Shown in pieces: positions 1 through 14,199 of a DNA stretch of 64,000 nucleotides. The DNA is from Candidatus Marinacidobacterium sp. Its GTDB lineage: Bacteria > Acidobacteriota > Vicinamibacteria > Marinacidobacterales > Marinacidobacteraceae. The DNA is taken from NCBI GenBank assembly GCA_965204755.1, contig OZ242011.1:2400001-2464000 (forward strand). Reading direction: 5' to 3'. Position 1 is the stretch's first letter. Every line of letters starts with the position of its first letter. Both the position numbers and the translations under genes were made by a program. The notes below the pieces were generated by a model. It was not told the origin of the DNA, made no database searches, and saw nothing but the letters and a program-made list of their open reading frames with translations.

Positions 1-1104
1 GCCATCTTCGACGCGGACTTCGTGCCCCGGCCCGACTTCCTCCGCCGGACGATCCCGGCCCTCCTCGCCCACCCCCGCCACGGCATGGCCCAGGCGAGAT
101 GGGAGCACCTGAACCGCTCCTACTCGGTCCTGACCGAGGTGCAGGCGATCCTGCTCGACGGGCACTTCGTCGGCGAACACGGCGGCCGCCACGCCGCCGG
201 GTGCTTCTTCAACTTCAACGGCACCGCCGGGGTCTGGCGGCGGGAAGCCATCCTCGACGCCGGCGGCTGGGCCGGGGACACGCTCACCGAGGACCTCGAC
301 CTCTCCTACCGGGCCCAACTCCGGGGCTGGAAGTTCCTGTTCCTGCCCGAAGTGGGCGCCCCGGCGGAACTCCCGGTGTCCATGACCGCGTTCAAGGCGC
401 AGCAGCGGCGCTGGGCGAAGGGCTCCTTCGAGACCGCGCGGAAACTGCTGCCGCAGGTGCTCGCCTCCCCGCTACCCTTGCGCGTGCGCGCCGAAGCGTT
501 GTTCCACCTGAGCGGCAACCTCGCCTATCCGCTGATGGCGCTGCTGAGCCTGCTCCTGATCCCGGCGCTCGCGGCCCGCGCGGCCACCGGGCTGCGGGAG
601 ACCGCGCTCCTCGACATCCCGGTGTTCGTCGCCGCCACCGTGTCCGTGATCTCGTTCTACGCCGCCACCCAGCGCCGCCTGTTCCGGTGGGAGCCGCCGG
701 CCGAGCGCGGCGGGTTCTGGTGGCGGGTGCGGCACATCCCCACGGCGCTGGCGGTGGGGATCGGCCTCTCCTTCTCCAACGGCGCGGCGGTGCTCGAAGG
801 GGCGTTCGGACGGCGGACGCCCTTCGTCCGCACGCCCAAGTTCGGCGTGGCCGGCGGGGCGCGGTCGCGGACCGACCGGGGGTGGCGGCGAAGCGGCTAC
901 CGGACGCCGGAAGGCGCGGTGATGGCGCTGGAACTCGCGGTCGGTCTCGCCTTGGCGCTGGCGGCGGCGTGGGCCGCGGCGTCCGGGGTCGCGGCCTCCG
1001 CGCCGTTCCTGCTCCTCTTCGCGGTGGGCTACCTCTATGTCGGGGGGCGCTCGCTGGTGGAGTCGGGCGCGGTGCGCCGCGCTTCCAACCGGCGGCCGGC
1101 ATGA
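1..1104 (+). CDS. GT2 glycosyltransferase (cellulose-synthase-like), 5'-truncated by window edge
   Basis: Frame is open from base 1 (AIFDADFVP). TEDLDLS and QQRRW motifs; C-terminal TM helices. Confidence 0.9.
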   Translation, partial: AIFDADFVPRPDFLRRTIPALLAHPRHGMAQARWEHLNRSYSVLTEVQAILLDGHFVGEHGGRHAAGCFFNFNGTAGVWRREAILDAGGWAGDTLTEDLDLSYRAQLRGWKFLFLPEVGAPAELPVSMTAFKAQQRRWAKGSFETARKLLPQVLASPLPLRVRAEALFHLSGNLAYPLMALLSLLLIPALAARAATGLRETALLDIPVFVAATVSVISFYAATQRRLFRWEPPAERGGFWWRVRHIPTALAVGIGLSFSNGAAVLEGAFGRRTPFVRTPKFGVAGGARSRTDRGWRRSGYRTPEGAVMALELAVGLALALAAAWAAASGVAASAPFLLLFAVGYLYVGGRSLVESGAVRRASNRRPA

Positions 1105-1709
1105 CTCCGCTGGCGCAGCGCCTCCTGTTCTTCGGGGCCGGGCTGGCGTTCGGGGGCCTGGTCGGCTGGCTCGCCGGGCGGTCGGCGCCGGGGGTCGGCG
1201 TGACTCCGGGCGCGCCGATGGTCTCCGGCGCTCCCGCCGCGGCGGCGACGCCGCCTCCGCCGGTCGCCGAGCCGCCCGCGCCGGTGGACGAGGGGCGCCT
1301 CGAAGCGCTGCTCGCCGAGGTCGAGACCCGGCCGGAGGATCCCGCCGCCCGCGCCGCTGTCGGCGGCCTCTACCTGGAGGCCCGGAACTTCGGCGAAGCG
1401 GCCTATTGGTTCCAACAGGCTCGGAATCTCGCGCCTGCGGACCTCGAGAGCCGCGCTTCGCTCGGGCTGGCGCTCCTCGGGATGGGCGATGTCCGAGGGG
1501 CGGCCGCGGAGTACGAGGCCGTCCTCGCCGAAGATCCGGCGCACGGCGGGGCGCTGCTGGCGCTCGGGCGGTTGCGGCTCTATGCGCTCCAGGACATGAC
1601 CGGCGGGATCGAACTCTGGGAGCGGTTCCTCGCCGCCCACCCGGACGCGCCGGAGGCGGGGGAGTTGCGCGAGGCGGTCCGGGCGCTCCGTTCGGCGCAC
1701 CCCGAGTAG
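1101..1709 (+). CDS. Membrane-anchored tetratricopeptide-repeat protein
   Basis: ATG 1101 overlaps upstream TGA. N-terminal TM helix, Pro-rich linker, TPR-like helices (GGLYLEARNFGEAAYWFQQA; LGLALLGMGDVRGAAAEYEAVL). Confidence 0.8.
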   Translation: MTPLAQRLLFFGAGLAFGGLVGWLAGRSAPGVGVTPGAPMVSGAPAAAATPPPPVAEPPAPVDEGRLEALLAEVETRPEDPAARAAVGGLYLEARNFGEAAYWFQQARNLAPADLESRASLGLALLGMGDVRGAAAEYEAVLAEDPAHGGALLALGRLRLYALQDMTGGIELWERFLAAHPDAPEAGELREAVRALRSAHPE

Positions 1710-1747
1710 GCTCGGAAGCGGACATTCGGCGGCGAGAGGGGCGGAAG

Positions 1748-2017
1748 TTGGTTCGGTTTCTCCTGCTCCTGCTGGGGCTGTTCTTCGCGCGGCTCCTCTG
1801 GGGGGCGGCGCGCCTCCTCTTGGCCGGCCGCCGGGCGGAGCGGGTCGCCGGCGGCGCGGCGGGGGCCTCCCCGGGTTCGGCGCCGTCGGGAACGGAGTTT
1901 CGGGGGGCGGTCGTCCGCTGCGAGCAGTGCGACCTCCATGTGCCGGAGCAGCGGGCGGTGACCGACGGGGGGCGGACTTTCTGTTCGGAGGCCTGCCGCG
2001 CCGCGGCGGGCTCCTGA
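1748..2017 (+). CDS. Small membrane protein with Zn-ribbon (PP0621-like)
   Basis: Hydrophobic N-terminus, then VRCEQCDLHVP...FCSEAC. TTG start inferred. Confidence 0.7.
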   Translation: MVRFLLLLLGLFFARLLWGAARLLLAGRRAERVAGGAAGASPGSAPSGTEFRGAVVRCEQCDLHVPEQRAVTDGGRTFCSEACRAAAGS

Positions 2018-2025
2018 TCGGTTCG

Positions 2026-2670
2026 GTGGAGAGCGATCGGGCCGCGGCCGCGCTCGCCGCGGAACTGTGCGAAGTGACGCGGCGGCTGGCCGAGCGCGGG
2101 TTCATCGTCGCCCGCGAAGGCAACGCCAGCGCGCTGTTGCCCGGCGGGGCGGAAGTGCTCGGGACGGCCGCCGGGACGCGGAAGGGCGACGCGGCGCCGG
2201 AGGGCTTGGTGCGCTGCGACCGCCACGGGCGGAAGACGGCCGGCGACAGCGGCGTGTCCAGCGAGATCCTGGTGCACCTGGCCGTCTACGACCGTCGTCC
2301 GGACATCCGCTCGGTGGTGCACGCCCATCCGAAGACCGCGACCGGGTTCGCCGCCGCCGGGGTGGCGCTCGACCCGCCGGCGCTGGCGGAGACGGTGGTC
2401 GTCCTCGGCCGGATCGGCATGGCCGACTACCACCCGCCGGGGTCGCCCGCGCTCGCCGCAGCGGTGGCCGAGCAGGCGGCGGCCGCGGATGCGGTGCTGC
2501 TCCGCAACCACGGCGCGCTCACCGTGGGCCGGACGCCGACGGAGGCGTTCGAGCGGATGGAGACCCTGGAGCGCTGCGCGGAGATCGTGCTCGCAGCTCG
2601 CGCGCTGGGCGGCGCGGAGGCGCTTCCCGAAGCGGAGACCGCCCGCCTTCTCGCCGCGCGCCGGCGCTGA
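2026..2670 (+). CDS. Class II aldolase/adducin family protein
   Basis: EGNAS, SSE..VH..VY, VVHAHP, LLRNHG motifs. Confidence 0.9.
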   Translation: MESDRAAAALAAELCEVTRRLAERGFIVAREGNASALLPGGAEVLGTAAGTRKGDAAPEGLVRCDRHGRKTAGDSGVSSEILVHLAVYDRRPDIRSVVHAHPKTATGFAAAGVALDPPALAETVVVLGRIGMADYHPPGSPALAAAVAEQAAAADAVLLRNHGALTVGRTPTEAFERMETLERCAEIVLAARALGGAEALPEAETARLLAARRR

Positions 2671-2706
2671 CGGCCCGCGCTGCCGACGGGGCGGTCACCG
2701 AGCGCC

Positions 2707-4521
2707 GTGATGCCGCAACCGGGCGGTTGGGGCGCGCGGCCGCCGAGGGCCGGGGCGGCCGGGCTCCCGATGTCGTTGAAGCAGGCCGGGGGCGCACCGG
2801 CGCTCGGGCTGCTGCTCGCGGCGGGCCTGCCGCCCGCCGGCGTTTCGTCCGCGGCCGAGCAGGACTTCCGACTCGAGGAGTCGGCGGCGGAGGCCGGAAT
2901 CCGGTTCCGCCACCTGCGCGGCGCTCGCGGGGAACGCCACCCGGTGGAGACGATGGGCTCCGGTGTGGCGGTGCTCGACTACGACGGCGACGGCGCGCCG
3001 GACCTGTTCTTCGTCCGGGGCGGCGAAGTTCCGGGGAGCGGGGCGCCGTCCGCTCCGCCGGGGGCGCTCTTCCGGAACGACGGCAGCGGCGGGTTCACCG
3101 AGGTGAGCGCCGCGGCGGGATTCGGCCGCCCGCCGCCCGGCGTTCCGCCCGGATTCGGCATGGGCGCCGCCGCCGCCGACTACGACGATGACGGCGACCC
3201 CGACCTGTTGGTCACCCGCGCCGGGCCGGACCTCCTCTACGAGAACCGGGGAGACGGTTCGTTCCGTCTCCATCCCGACGGCCCGCTCGCCGCTCCCGCC
3301 GTGCGCGGGCTCCCCGGCGGCTGGAGCGCGAGCGCGGCGTTCTTCGACGCCGACCACGACGGCGACCTCGACCTCTTCGTCACCCGCTACCTCGACTGGA
3401 GCGTGGAGAACAACCCGGAGTGCGCCCGCCGGATCCGCGGCGAGCGCATTCGCTCCTACTGCCTCCCGGACGCCTTCTCCGGCGTCCCCGACCTGCTCTA
3501 CGAGAACCGCGGCGGCTCGTTCGTCCCGGTCCCCGAATCCGCCGGTATCGCGCTGCCGACGGGCAAGGGACTGGGCGTCGTCGCCGCCGACCTCATCGGC
3601 GACCCGCTGCCCGATCTCTATGTGGCGAACGACACGGTTCCGAACTTCCTCTTCGAGAACCTGGGCGGCTGGCGCTTCCGCGAAGTCGGGCTGCCCGCCG
3701 GAGTCGCCTACGACGGCGACGGCAACGCGCTCGCCGGGATGGGTATCGCCCTCGCCGACCTCGAACCGGACGGCGACCCGGACCTGTTCGTCACCAACTT
3801 CTCCGGCGAAGCGAACACGCTCTACGCGATGCGCCGGCGGGGCGTGTTCCGCGATATGTCCTTCCCCTCGGGAGCGGGACGCCCTTCCATCCCGCTCCTC
3901 GGTTTCGGCGCCGTGTTCGCCGACCTGGACAACGACGGCGACCCCGACCTCTGCGTGACCAACGGGCATGTGCTCGACAACGCGGAACTCCTGTTCGCCG
4001 ACGCGTCCTACCGGCAGCCGGACGGCTGCTTCGCGAACCGGGGCGGCGGCCGCTTCGAGCCGGCGTGGACGGCGGCGGCGCCCGCGGTCGGCCGGGGCCT
4101 CGCCGCCGGCGACTTCGACGGCGACGGGCGGGTGGACCTGGCGGCGTCCCGCTCCGGCGAACCCGCGGCGCTGTTCCGGAACGAGACTCCCGGTGGCGGG
4201 AGCGCCCGCCTGCTGCTCGTGGGCCGCGAGTCCAACCGGGACGCGGTCGGCGCGGTCGTCCGGGTCCGCCGGGGGGAGGCGGAGCAGGTCTTCGTCGCGA
4301 CCGCCGGCGACAGTTACCTCTCCACTTCGTCCCGGGTCGCGTGGATCGGCCTCGGCGCCGCCGACAGCCCGCTCCCGGACGCCGCCTCCGTCCGCTGGCC
4401 GTCGGGCCGGGAGGACGCGCTCGGCCCCCTCGCTCCCGGCGCGGTCGCGGTCATCGAAGGCGTCGGCGCGACGGAGATCGGCGCGGGGAGGCGCGGCCCC
4501 GCCCGGCCCGGAACCCCCTGA
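2707..4521 (+). CDS. CRTAC1/ASPIC-UnbV family FG-GAP repeat protein
   Basis: Repeated DYDGDGAPDL, DADHDGDLDL and DLDNDGDPDL motifs; C-terminal SNRDAVGA..VRWPSG. True start may be 2770. Confidence 0.9.
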   Translation: MMPQPGGWGARPPRAGAAGLPMSLKQAGGAPALGLLLAAGLPPAGVSSAAEQDFRLEESAAEAGIRFRHLRGARGERHPVETMGSGVAVLDYDGDGAPDLFFVRGGEVPGSGAPSAPPGALFRNDGSGGFTEVSAAAGFGRPPPGVPPGFGMGAAAADYDDDGDPDLLVTRAGPDLLYENRGDGSFRLHPDGPLAAPAVRGLPGGWSASAAFFDADHDGDLDLFVTRYLDWSVENNPECARRIRGERIRSYCLPDAFSGVPDLLYENRGGSFVPVPESAGIALPTGKGLGVVAADLIGDPLPDLYVANDTVPNFLFENLGGWRFREVGLPAGVAYDGDGNALAGMGIALADLEPDGDPDLFVTNFSGEANTLYAMRRRGVFRDMSFPSGAGRPSIPLLGFGAVFADLDNDGDPDLCVTNGHVLDNAELLFADASYRQPDGCFANRGGGRFEPAWTAAAPAVGRGLAAGDFDGDGRVDLAASRSGEPAALFRNETPGGGSARLLLVGRESNRDAVGAVVRVRRGEAEQVFVATAGDSYLSTSSRVAWIGLGAADSPLPDAASVRWPSGREDALGPLAPGAVAVIEGVGATEIGAGRRGPARPGTP

Positions 4522-4559
4522 CGATTTCTGGCGCGGCTCTTGGTTACGATCCTTCGGAC

Positions 4560-7753
<3,194 letters not shown>

Positions 7754-7757
<4 letters not shown>

Positions 7758-10700
7758 GACGAGCGCGGCGCCCACCGCCGGTGAGACTGCGGAAGATCCT
7801 CGCGCTCCTGCCCTTCCTGTGTCTGGAGTTCGGGTTCGAGAAGATCGGACGGATCCTCCGGGTGCTGCGGGGCGTGGAAGGCGAACTCGGCGGCGAGCCC
7901 GGCGATGCCGTCCCGGAGGCTCTGTGGAGAGGCGGCGCTTGGGGCGCGGCGGCCCGGAGGGTGTCGGAGGACGATCTGCTCGAATACCACGCGAACATCA
8001 CGACGCTCAGCGAGCGACTGCGCATGACCGCGGCGCGCGGGCGCACCTGGAAACCCCACCAGTACTTGGCGCTGTTGTTCGCGGAGCGTTACTTCGATCG
8101 GTACTTCGGAGACCGGGAAGCCCTCCTGCGGGACCTGAATCGGTTCGCCCCCGGTTCGTGGAACGAGCCGACCTATCGGGACGCGGACCTGCGCCTCCTG
8201 GCGATCCAGAGCGCCACCGGATCGGGCAAGACCCTGCTCATGCACGCGAACATCCTCCAGTACCGGCGCTGCCTCCGCCGGACCGGCGGGCGGCTGAACA
8301 ACATCGTGCTGCTCACGCCGAACGAGCGCATGTCCGAGCAGCACGAGCGCGAATTGCGGGTGAGCGGCCTCCACGCCCGTATTTTCTCGCCCGACGCCCC
8401 GAAGGACCTCTTCCGCCCGGTCGAGATCCTGGACATCAACAAACTGGCGGAGAAGAAGGGCGTAAAGCGGGTCGCGGTGAGCGACTTCGGGGACGACAAC
8501 CTGGTCCTCGTGGACGAAGGACACCTCGGCGCGTCCGGAAAGACCTGGCGGCAGCGGCGGGCAGAACTCGCTCGAGGCGGGTTCACGATCGAGTACTCGG
8601 CCACTTTCGACCAGGTGACCCGGCGTGACGACGATCTTCGCCGGGCCTACGCCAAGTGTCTGCTGTTCGACTACGGGTACCACGACTTCCACGCCGACGG
8701 GTACGGCAAGGACTACACCATCTCCAACCTGCCGCAAGGGATGGAGGACGCCAACAGCGACATGTACCTGCTCGGCTGCCTCCTGACTTTCTACCAGCAG
8801 TGCAGTCTGTACGGGAAGTTGACCGGGGAGCGGCGCCCGTTCCACCTGTCGAGACCCCTGTGGGTGTTCCTGGGCAAGACCGTCCGGGGATCGAGCCGCG
8901 TGGACGAGGAGGCGAAATCCGATGTCCTTCGCATCCTGGACTTCCTCGGCTTCTTCCTCGCGCGGGACGAAGTCGTGACGCCGATGCTCGGCCGCCTTCT
9001 CGAGGGCCGCTCCGGGCTGGCGCACCCGGTGGGCGGCGGCGACTACTTCGCCGGCCGGTTCCGGCATCTCTCCGGGCAAGGCCCGGCTCAACTCTATCGG
9101 GACATCTGCGAAACCCTCTTCCACGCCGCCGGGCGGCTCCGCGTGGTGTACCTGGCGACCGGCGACGGGGAATTGCACCTCCGGGTCGGCGACGCCGACC
9201 CGTTCGGCGTGGTGAATGTGGGGGATTCGGCGGGCCTCTACAAGTTGCTTTCCGGGCGGGAGAATCCGGACTTCGACCTGGAACGGAATCCGGGCTTCTC
9301 GGACCGGCTCTTCCACGAGGTGGATCGGCCCGATTCCCCGGTGACCGTCGTCGTGGGCGCGCGGCGCTTCATCGCCGGCTGGAACAGTTGGCGGGTGAGC
9401 ACGATGGGGCTCATGCATGTCGGCGTCGGGGAAGGCCCCGAAATCATCCAGATGTTCGGTCGGGGAGTGCGCCTGAAGGGTTGGAACCTGACCTTGAAGC
9501 GGCATCGGGAAAGCGGCGGTCCGCCGCCGAGCGACGCCGCGGGTCTCGCGGAACTGGAAACGCTCCACATCTTCGGTCTGCGGGCGAACTACATGGAGGC
9601 ATTCGAACAGATCCTCCGGGAGGAGGGGATCGCCTTCGAACCCGTGGCGCTTCCCGTAACCTGGAACTTCGCCAAGAAGACGGATCTCAAGTTGATCCGT
9701 CGGAAAAGGGATCTCGACTACGAGCAGTCACGCGAGCGCCCCCGTCTGCCCGGCCCGCGGGAACCGCTGCGGCCGAAGGTGGACTTGGATCTGTATTCGC
9801 GTCTCCAGGCGACGGAGTCGGCCGGCGCTTCGACCGAGGCTTCGACCGATGCGGGCCGGAAGGCGCTGAAGTCCCCGCCGACGGAGAAGAATCGCGTCTT
9901 CCTGCCGGATTTCGCCGGCTTCTTCCGCCGCGACCGGGTGTATGCGACCCTGCTCGACCGCAAGCGGCGCCGCGGCTGGCACAACCTGGTCATCGACCGC
10001 GGGACGGTGGACGCCCTGCTCGAGGACGAGGACTGGTACGACCTCCGGATTCCCCCGGCGGCACTCCGCAAGAAGGGTTTCGCTCGAATCCGGCAGTTGG
10101 AGGACATCGCGGTGGCGCTGCTGGCCGAGTACGCGGAGGTCTTCTGGAGGCTGAAGCGGCGGGCTTGGGATCACGAGCGGCTCGAAGTCGTGAGACTGAC
10201 CGCGAACGACCCGAACCACATTCGCGAATACCGGCTCTCCGCGCGCGCCGGGGAGACCGAATTGGTGGAGCAGGTTCGCGCTCTGGCGAAGGATGTGGCG
10301 GCGAATGATGTCCCCGGTCTCTGGACGCTGTGGTACGAGGAACACGCTTACCGGCCGCTTCTCCGGACCGACGAGAAATGCCGCGTAACGGTGCAGCCGG
10401 CCGCCCTGGACAAGAACGAGGCGAAAGTCGTCGACCGGCTCGTGGGCTTGGTTGGGCTACGGCGGTCGTCGGTTCTCGAAGGCCGGGAACTCTTCCTGAT
10501 CCGGAACCTGACCGGAGGCAGGGGCGTCTCCTTCTTCGATGACTTCCACTACTACCCGGACTTCATCGTCTGGCTGAAGGGCGAAGCGGACCAGCATGTC
10601 GTGTTCCTCGACCCGAAGGGCCTCACGAGATTCGGTCGCCGGGAACGGAGCAAGGTCGGTCTCCACGCACAAATCCGCGAGGTCGAGGCGAAGGCGCGCG

Positions 10701-10894
10701 AGTCCGACCCGGATCTCTTCCTCCATTCCTATGTGCTTTCGGTGACGCCGCCGGAAGAGATCGGCGAGGAGGGGCGCTCCCGCGCCGAGTGGGAACGGGA
10801 CGGCGTGTACTTCCTGGACCGGCCGGACTGTCTCCAGCGCGTGATCGCGCACGCGCTGGCCTCCCGGGGCAGCGGGAACGGAGACGGCCCATGA
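7754..10894 (+). CDS. res: Type III R-M restriction subunit (SF2 helicase plus PD-(D/E)xK nuclease)
   Basis: SATGSGKT, VDEGH, YSATF, QMFGRGVR; C-terminal YYPDFIVW...FLDPKG. Confidence 0.88.
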
Positions 10895-11943
10895 AGGCGA
10901 AACGCGTGGTCCAGGCGGTGGACCTGCATGCGGCGGGGGAGCCCGGGCGGGTGATCGTGGGCGGGGTGCTCGATGTGCCCGGGGACACGATGTTCCGGAA
11001 GATGCAGCACCTCGAGCGGCACGGGGACTCGCTGCGCAAGTGGATGCTGCGGGAGCCGCGCGGGTATCCGGCGGCGAACTGCAACCTGGTGCTCCCGCCG
11101 ACGCATCCGGACGCGGACGCCGGGTTCGTCATCATGGAGCAGACGGAATACCCGCCGATGTCGGGGACGAACACCATGTGCGTCGTCACCGCGCTGCTCG
11201 AGACCGGGATGCTGCCGCCGAAAGAGCCGGTGACGGAGTTGACCCTGGAAACCCCCGCCGGGCTCGTCGAAGTCGAGGCGCGGGTCGAGGGCGGGAAAGT
11301 GACCCGGGTGACCTTCGAGAATGTGCCGGCGTTCGCGGTGCATCTCGATGCCGCGGTGGAAATCCCCACGGTCGGGGAAGTGCGGGTGGACTTGGCCTGG
11401 GGCGGGATGTTCTACGCCATCGCGGACGCCTCCCGGTTCGGGCTGGCCATCGCCCCGGAGCACGGGAAGGAACTCGCGCGGTTCGGGTCGATGGTGAAGC
11501 AGGCGGCGCGGGAGCAACTCGAAGCGGTCCACCCGGAGAACCCGGAGATCTCCCGCGCCAGCATCGGCCAACTCGCCGGGCCCTGGGACCCCGAAACGCG
11601 CACGGCATCGAACGCCGTTTCCGTGGCGACCGGCGACCTGGACTGGGAGCGGCCGGAGACCTGGACCGGCGCGCTCGACCGCTCTCCCTGCGGGACGGGC
11701 ACCTGCGCCCGGATGGCGGCGCTCCACGCGAAGGGCGAACTGGGGATCGGCGAGGACTTCCGCAACCGCGGCCCGGTGGGGACCGAGTTCCTGGGGCGGC
11801 TGCTCCGCGAGACCGAAGTGGGCGGGGTCCCGGCCGTGGTCCCGCAGATCAGCGGCCAGGCCTGGATCACCGGCGCGGCCTCCTACTCGCTCGACCCCTC
11901 CGACCCCTTCCCGGAGGGCTTCACGCTCGGCGACATCTGGTAG
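10891..11943 (+). CDS. Proline racemase family protein (Ser/Cys dyad)
   Basis: HAAGEP, EPRG, MSGTN and DRSPCGTGT motifs. Confidence 0.9.
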   Translation: MKAKRVVQAVDLHAAGEPGRVIVGGVLDVPGDTMFRKMQHLERHGDSLRKWMLREPRGYPAANCNLVLPPTHPDADAGFVIMEQTEYPPMSGTNTMCVVTALLETGMLPPKEPVTELTLETPAGLVEVEARVEGGKVTRVTFENVPAFAVHLDAAVEIPTVGEVRVDLAWGGMFYAIADASRFGLAIAPEHGKELARFGSMVKQAAREQLEAVHPENPEISRASIGQLAGPWDPETRTASNAVSVATGDLDWERPETWTGALDRSPCGTGTCARMAALHAKGELGIGEDFRNRGPVGTEFLGRLLRETEVGGVPAVVPQISGQAWITGAASYSLDPSDPFPEGFTLGDIW

Positions 11944-12102
11944 CCGCCCCGGCCTCGGCCCGAGGCCCGCCGGGGGCGCGGCCGCCGGGACCGCCCCGGC
12001 GCCGGACGCCCGCCCCGGCCCGCCGCGGGAGCCTGACCGGCCGGCGGAATAGAATTACCGGTTCCCCGCTGCGCGGGGCTCATCAGGAGGGTTCTCCCGA
12101 TC

Positions 12103-14199
12103 ATGCTGCACTTTGCTCCTCCGTTCCTTTCGGCGGGCCGGCGTTCGCGGCCCGCCGCCGGTTCGCCGCTCCGCCGCCCCCGCGGCCTCGCGGTCCCGGT
12201 CAGCGCGCCGGCTCTCGCCGCGTCGCTCCTCGCCGGGGCGGCGTTCGCCCAGGAGCCGGCGGAACTGGTGGTGGATCCGCCCGAACTCACGCTCGAAGTG
12301 GGCGACACCGCCCAACTCTCGGCGACCGTGAAGGACGCCGACGGGAACGAGATGGACCGCGGCGTGATCTTCTTCTCCCGCGCCCGCCGGTTCGTCGGCG
12401 TGAACCCGGCGGGGATGGTCGAGGCGCACCGCCCCGGCGAGCACACGCTGGTGGCCATGACGCCCCGCGAGCCGGGGGTCATGAACCGGCGCGCGGACAT
12501 GGCCCTGATGGTCGAGATCCCGGTTACGGTGGCGTTCCCGCCCCTCGAGCGGATCACCATCGCCCCGCTGCCGGCGAACCTCTACGCCGGGACTTCGCTG
12601 CCGGTCGGCGCGCTCGCCGTGGACGCCTCCGGCGCCGAGCGGAAACCGGACTTCGAGTGGGCGTCGTCGGACTCCGGGGTCGCCGGCGTGAGTGAACACG
12701 GCGTCCTGATGCTGCATCGCGAAGGCCGGACGACGCTCTCGGCGAGCGCCGAGTCGGTCGCCGGGGAAGTGGAACTCACCGTCCGGGCGAACCCGGCGGC
12801 GCGGCTCGAACTCACCGCGGACACGGAAGAAGCGCGCACCGGCGATGTGGTGTGGTTCGAGGCCCGCGCGCTCGACGAGGGCGGCAGCGAAGTCCCGGAC
12901 TTCCCGCTCGCGTTCGCCGCCTTCACCCGGACGCCGGACAACCTGGTGGCGCCGGGCGCGGCCGCCTTCGTGGAGCCGGACGGGGCCTTCGTCGCCGAGC
13001 GCCCCGGCCTCCACACCGTCGTGGTCTCCGGCGGCGGCCTGACCGCCCGGCGCGCGATCCGCGCGGTCCCCCGCAATGTGCGGAAGGACTGGGAGATCGT
13101 GGGCCGGGGGCCGGTGCGCGACCGCCATACCTCCGACCTGTGGGTCTGGGAGGGGCTCGACGGGCGCGACTACGCGATCACCGGCACCTGGGGCGCGGAC
13201 GGACACGCCTACTTCTGGGATGTGACCGATCCGGCGAGCATCCACTTGGTGGACACCGTGCGGGTGGACGCGCGCACGGTGAACGATGTGAAGGTGTCCG
13301 CCGACGGGAAGTTCGCGGTCATCAGCCGGGAGGGCGCTTCGAACCGCAAGAACGGGCTGGTCATCCTCGATGTGGCGAACCCGACCGACGGCGTCCGCAT
13401 CCTCGCGAGATACGACGACCAACTCAGCGGCGGCGTCCACAATGTCTTCGTGGCGGAGGAACACATCCTCGCGCTCTCCGCCGGCCGCAGGTACGACATC
13501 CTGAACGCCGAAGACCCGGCGAATCCCTACCGGGTGGGCCGCTTCGAACTCGACACGCCCGGCCACGGGATCCACGATGTCTGGGTCGAGGACGGCATCG
13601 CCTACTCGTCGAACTGGGCCGACGGCGTGGTGGCGGTGGACATCGGCGGGGGCGGCAAGGGCGGCGCGCCGAACAACCCGGTGATGATGGGCAGTTTCCG
13701 GTATCCCAACGGCTGGAACCACGCCGGATTCCCCTACCGCAGCCAGTCCACCGGCAAGATGCTGGTCTTCGCCGGCGACGAGAACTTCCCGTATTCCTTC
13801 GAGCCGGAAGGCGACCTGCCGGACCGGGCCGCCGGCTGGGTCCACATCGGGGAATGGGACGAGTCGGGAGACGCCCGGGAAGTGGCGCGGTACCAGGTGC
13901 CCGAGGCGGGCAGCCACAACCTCTGGGTGGAGGACGACATCCTCTATGTGGGCTACTACAACGGCGGCCTGCGCGTGGTGGATGTTTCCGGCGACCTGCG
14001 GGGCGACCTCTACCGGCAGGGGCGGGAGATCGCGTTCTTCGAACCGGCCGATCCGCAGGGCTACAAGAAGAACGCCCCCTTCGTCTGGGGGCCGCAGCCG
14101 TTCAAGGGGCACATCTTCTTCTCCGACTGGAACTCCGGGCTCTGGGCCGTGAAACTGGTGGACCCGGAGACGCCGCGCAACATGGGAGAACCGAATTGA
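12103..14199 (+). CDS. Exported Ig-like plus LVIVD-repeat beta-propeller protein (paralogue 1)
   Basis: Signal peptide ending AFA-QE; Ig-like segments; GLVILDVANP and GLRVVDVSG repeats; AGGAGG upstream. Confidence 0.8.
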   Translation: MLHFAPPFLSAGRRSRPAAGSPLRRPRGLAVPVSAPALAASLLAGAAFAQEPAELVVDPPELTLEVGDTAQLSATVKDADGNEMDRGVIFFSRARRFVGVNPAGMVEAHRPGEHTLVAMTPREPGVMNRRADMALMVEIPVTVAFPPLERITIAPLPANLYAGTSLPVGALAVDASGAERKPDFEWASSDSGVAGVSEHGVLMLHREGRTTLSASAESVAGEVELTVRANPAARLELTADTEEARTGDVVWFEARALDEGGSEVPDFPLAFAAFTRTPDNLVAPGAAAFVEPDGAFVAERPGLHTVVVSGGGLTARRAIRAVPRNVRKDWEIVGRGPVRDRHTSDLWVWEGLDGRDYAITGTWGADGHAYFWDVTDPASIHLVDTVRVDARTVNDVKVSADGKFAVISREGASNRKNGLVILDVANPTDGVRILARYDDQLSGGVHNVFVAEEHILALSAGRRYDILNAEDPANPYRVGRFELDTPGHGIHDVWVEDGIAYSSNWADGVVAVDIGGGGKGGAPNNPVMMGSFRYPNGWNHAGFPYRSQSTGKMLVFAGDENFPYSFEPEGDLPDRAAGWVHIGEWDESGDAREVARYQVPEAGSHNLWVEDDILYVGYYNGGLRVVDVSGDLRGDLYRQGREIAFFEPADPQGYKKNAPFVWGPQPFKGHIFFSDWNSGLWAVKLVDPETPRNMGEPN

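Noticed and set aside
3420-4559. N-terminal extension of the 1445-aa ORF onto mod
   Set aside because: Off-frame overlap with the CRTAC1 gene; ATG 4560 fits better.
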